A stretch of DNA of 63,374 nt, counting the filler, from Sphacelaria rigidula (Eukaryota), in assembly GCA_964200075.2 (NCBI GenBank). It is 4 parts of 4 records of this genome, joined end to end, with 100 filler letters (N's around TTAATTAATTAA, not from the genome) between each part and the next. Parts side by side here need not be neighbours in the genome. Positions count along the whole stretch, not along the records: positions 47,613 to 63,374 come from CAXNAA020001605.1; 3 more parts are not named here. The stretch is one strand, 5' to 3'. The notes beneath the pieces are model-generated. The model was given only the letters and a program-made list of their open reading frames with translations, searched no databases and was not told the origin of the DNA. A program made the translations under genes and the position numbers. Shown piece after piece: positions 62,232-63,374 of this stretch (positions are counted from its first letter, which is position 1; the number at the start of each line of letters is the position of its first letter).

Positions 62232-63374
62232 GCAGCTACAAAGCAAAAACGTTGACAACTTGTGTATACGGAGTGTTCATGAAGAGCTACTATGAGAGAT
62301 ATCTCAAACTCGAGGTTCCCCGTATACTTGACTGTAAACTACTGTGAAATATACCAGGAGCCTCGAGTTTGAGATACCTCTATTGATAATCCTTTCAAAT
62401 ATCCCACCCCCTCCCGAGTCAGGGCGTGTCTTAATCGCCATGTTACTCTCCGATGAAAAAAGTGCGATGGGAGAGACAAATCCCGATCGGATAGGTCGTC
62501 ATTCTAATATACATAAATGACACGGACATAAATGACGACCGATCAGATCGGGAGTCTTCTTTTCCGGCGCTCCTTTTCGATCGTTTTTTCTTTTTGCCAA
62601 GACACGGCTTAATCATGATGGAATGGGGACCCTCCGCCAACCCTTGTGCAGTGAGAAAAATGAAGTCCCCGTCTCACCGGTGCACGGGATTTCTGTCCGC
62701 GTCGGGCCTGCACGATGATCACTTGCCAAGCATACTCCCTCTTGGCCTGAGACGGCAACAACAACAGCAACAGCGGCAGCAACAAGACAAAACGGGACAA
62801 ACGAAATGAAACGCGACATATGTTGTCCCACGACACACGAATGCGAACTTCGTTCCATCATCAACTAAGTGCAAAAATAAAAATCATAAGTACAGACGAG
62901 ATGTGTCACCCGGTCATCCTCCGACATCAGATAAACGAGAGGAACAGAAAGTCTCGCGCCTGATGCAAAATCAGTTTTTTTTCTTCTACACCACCCCCTT
63001 CAAAGCAAGACGCAGCAGAGTCATAGAAAATCCATGAAGCACATGATTACGAAGGTGCTGATCCACAGCGGAAGGCCACTTCTGCAGCCTTATTCGCACA
63101 AGAGTTCCGGCTCAACTCCGCCGACAACATCCCACAGACTGGAGATGGACATCTCTTTCAAAGCACAGGCAGTAGACGCAGAAATGGAACAAGTCTCGGA
63201 GTCACTTTTCCATCGTGGCACTCGAAGCGTAATCGCTCTGTATCGCGCCTCATCAATGTCGCGAAACGTGACAAACACACACAAACACACCTCCTGGAGA
63301 CGAGTGCTGGGGGGGGAGGGGGGGGGTACTCATGATCATGCATGCCATAGTCAAAAGACCATTGACCTCGCATC

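Overview
This is eukaryotic, intron-rich and TE-rich DNA. Gene structure and protein content suggest a brown alga (Ectocarpus-like stramenopile); that assignment is inference. The window is not one locus. It is four contigs of 15773, 15771, 15768 and 15762 bp joined by 100-bp N/TTAATTAATTAA/N linkers, so genes are truncated at the joins. Contig 1 (1-15773) carries six phase-0 exons of a receptor-like gene: one-exon-per-repeat beta-propeller-type ectodomain, Ser/Pro/Thr stalk, TM helix, a cytoplasmic helical bundle resembling the MLKL/HeLo-like four-helix bundle, then the start of a protein kinase domain. This is the most interesting object in the window. Contig 2 holds weakly supported minus-strand exons plus SINEs, MITEs and foldback palindromes. 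Contig 3 carries an apparently complete 5-exon WAPL-like cohesin-release gene with its long disordered tail at the C-terminus, and the 5' half of a PPIL3-type cyclophilin. Contig 4 carries a decayed Ty1/Copia element and exons of a C2-domain gene with a 17-bp micro-exon. Introns and intergenic DNA contain LINE fragments, two tRNA-derived SINE families, hAT, mariner and piggyBac-like MITEs, and several 190-470 bp palindromic elements. All calls were made by reading the sequence; no database searches were run.
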